Source: Mobula hypostoma (Eukaryota). From it: a DNA stretch of 64,000 bases. The stretch is from contig NC_086097.1 in assembly GCF_963921235.1 (NCBI RefSeq), positions 14,818,001 to 14,882,000 on the forward strand, read 5' to 3'. Positions 63,296 through 64,000 of the stretch are shown here, piece after piece; positions within the stretch are counted from its first letter, which is position 1, and each line of letters opens with the position of its first letter. The notes under the pieces were generated by a model that saw only the letters and a program-made list of their open reading frames with translations, was not told the origin of the DNA and did not search any database. The position numbers were made by a program, and so were the translations under genes.

Positions 63296-64000
63296 CTGCA
63301 TAATAAGACATTAAAAGTTTTAAAGCCTCATTGGCACGTGCAAGACTCTGAAGGGGCTTTGGAAGATGGATGTTTTGAGAACATTCCCTTGGGTGGGAAT
63401 TTTGAAATATGAACAAAGTTTTCAGGACCACTTAAATGTGAGGAGGAATTTGTTCTCTGAGAGCTGTAAGACTGTGGAATTTACTATGCAAACGAGCTGT
63501 GAATGTGAAGTCCTGAGATACTTTCAGGATAGAGTTGGATAATTGAAGACTGCAGAGGAATCAAGGGTTATGGGTGGGGAAAGGATTTGGTTAAAGATCA
63601 CATCAACCACGATGTTCCTGAGTGGCAAAGTAAGCTTATGTTCTTAAGCAGCAACTTAAGGTACTTGCAGCCGAATTCCACTAGGAGCAGCCATCCATTT
63701 ATGAGAAAGCTTCCCATTCAAGTTAATACTTGGTGCTACAATACACTACATTCTTAAAGTGACAAGGTTCGATAACTGACTCTCCCCCCCCCCCACCACC
63801 ACCTTTTGAAACAGAATACAACTACACAATGAAATTTAGGTTGTATGCAACAGTCTGCATTTATTTCTGCCCTAAAGATTTCCCCTTGGGCTGTGGTTTA
63901 CAAACTTAAACAAAAGATTCTGCAATGGAGAGGAGTCAAAAGACGGGAGTCATAAAATTGCAAATTAAATGAGTAGCAAATGGAAGATATATATTCTCAA

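Overview
Eukaryotic, repeat-dominated genomic DNA, most likely from a cartilaginous fish (ray or shark). That assignment is an inference from the mix of CR1/HER1-type LINEs, V-domain SINEs with CR1 tails, Rex1/Babar LINEs and Penelope-like terminal repeats. Most of the window is nested transposon debris: many CR1 and Rex1 fragments, L2, RTE and HERO LINE pieces, two internally deleted Gypsy LTR elements with clear target-site duplications (one Mag-type, one chromodomain-bearing sushi/PEG10-type), Tc1-like and hAT-like MITEs, SINEs, minisatellites and a degenerate ~31-bp satellite. No intact transposon and no recognisable host gene were found. A few unidentified candidate exons are listed at low confidence. 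The most interesting structures are: (1) dispersed Penelope terminal repeats with a minimal hammerhead-ribozyme motif, including a fold-back insertion with a 13-bp TSD; (2) a family of non-coding, Rex1-tailed retroposons that start with CAAGATGGC and carry copy-specific VNTRs; (3) a composite MITE that carries a LINE tail between two palindromic mini-MITEs; (4) a structured HERO 3' UTR. Family names come from recalled motifs, not database searches. Boundaries without a TSD are approximate.
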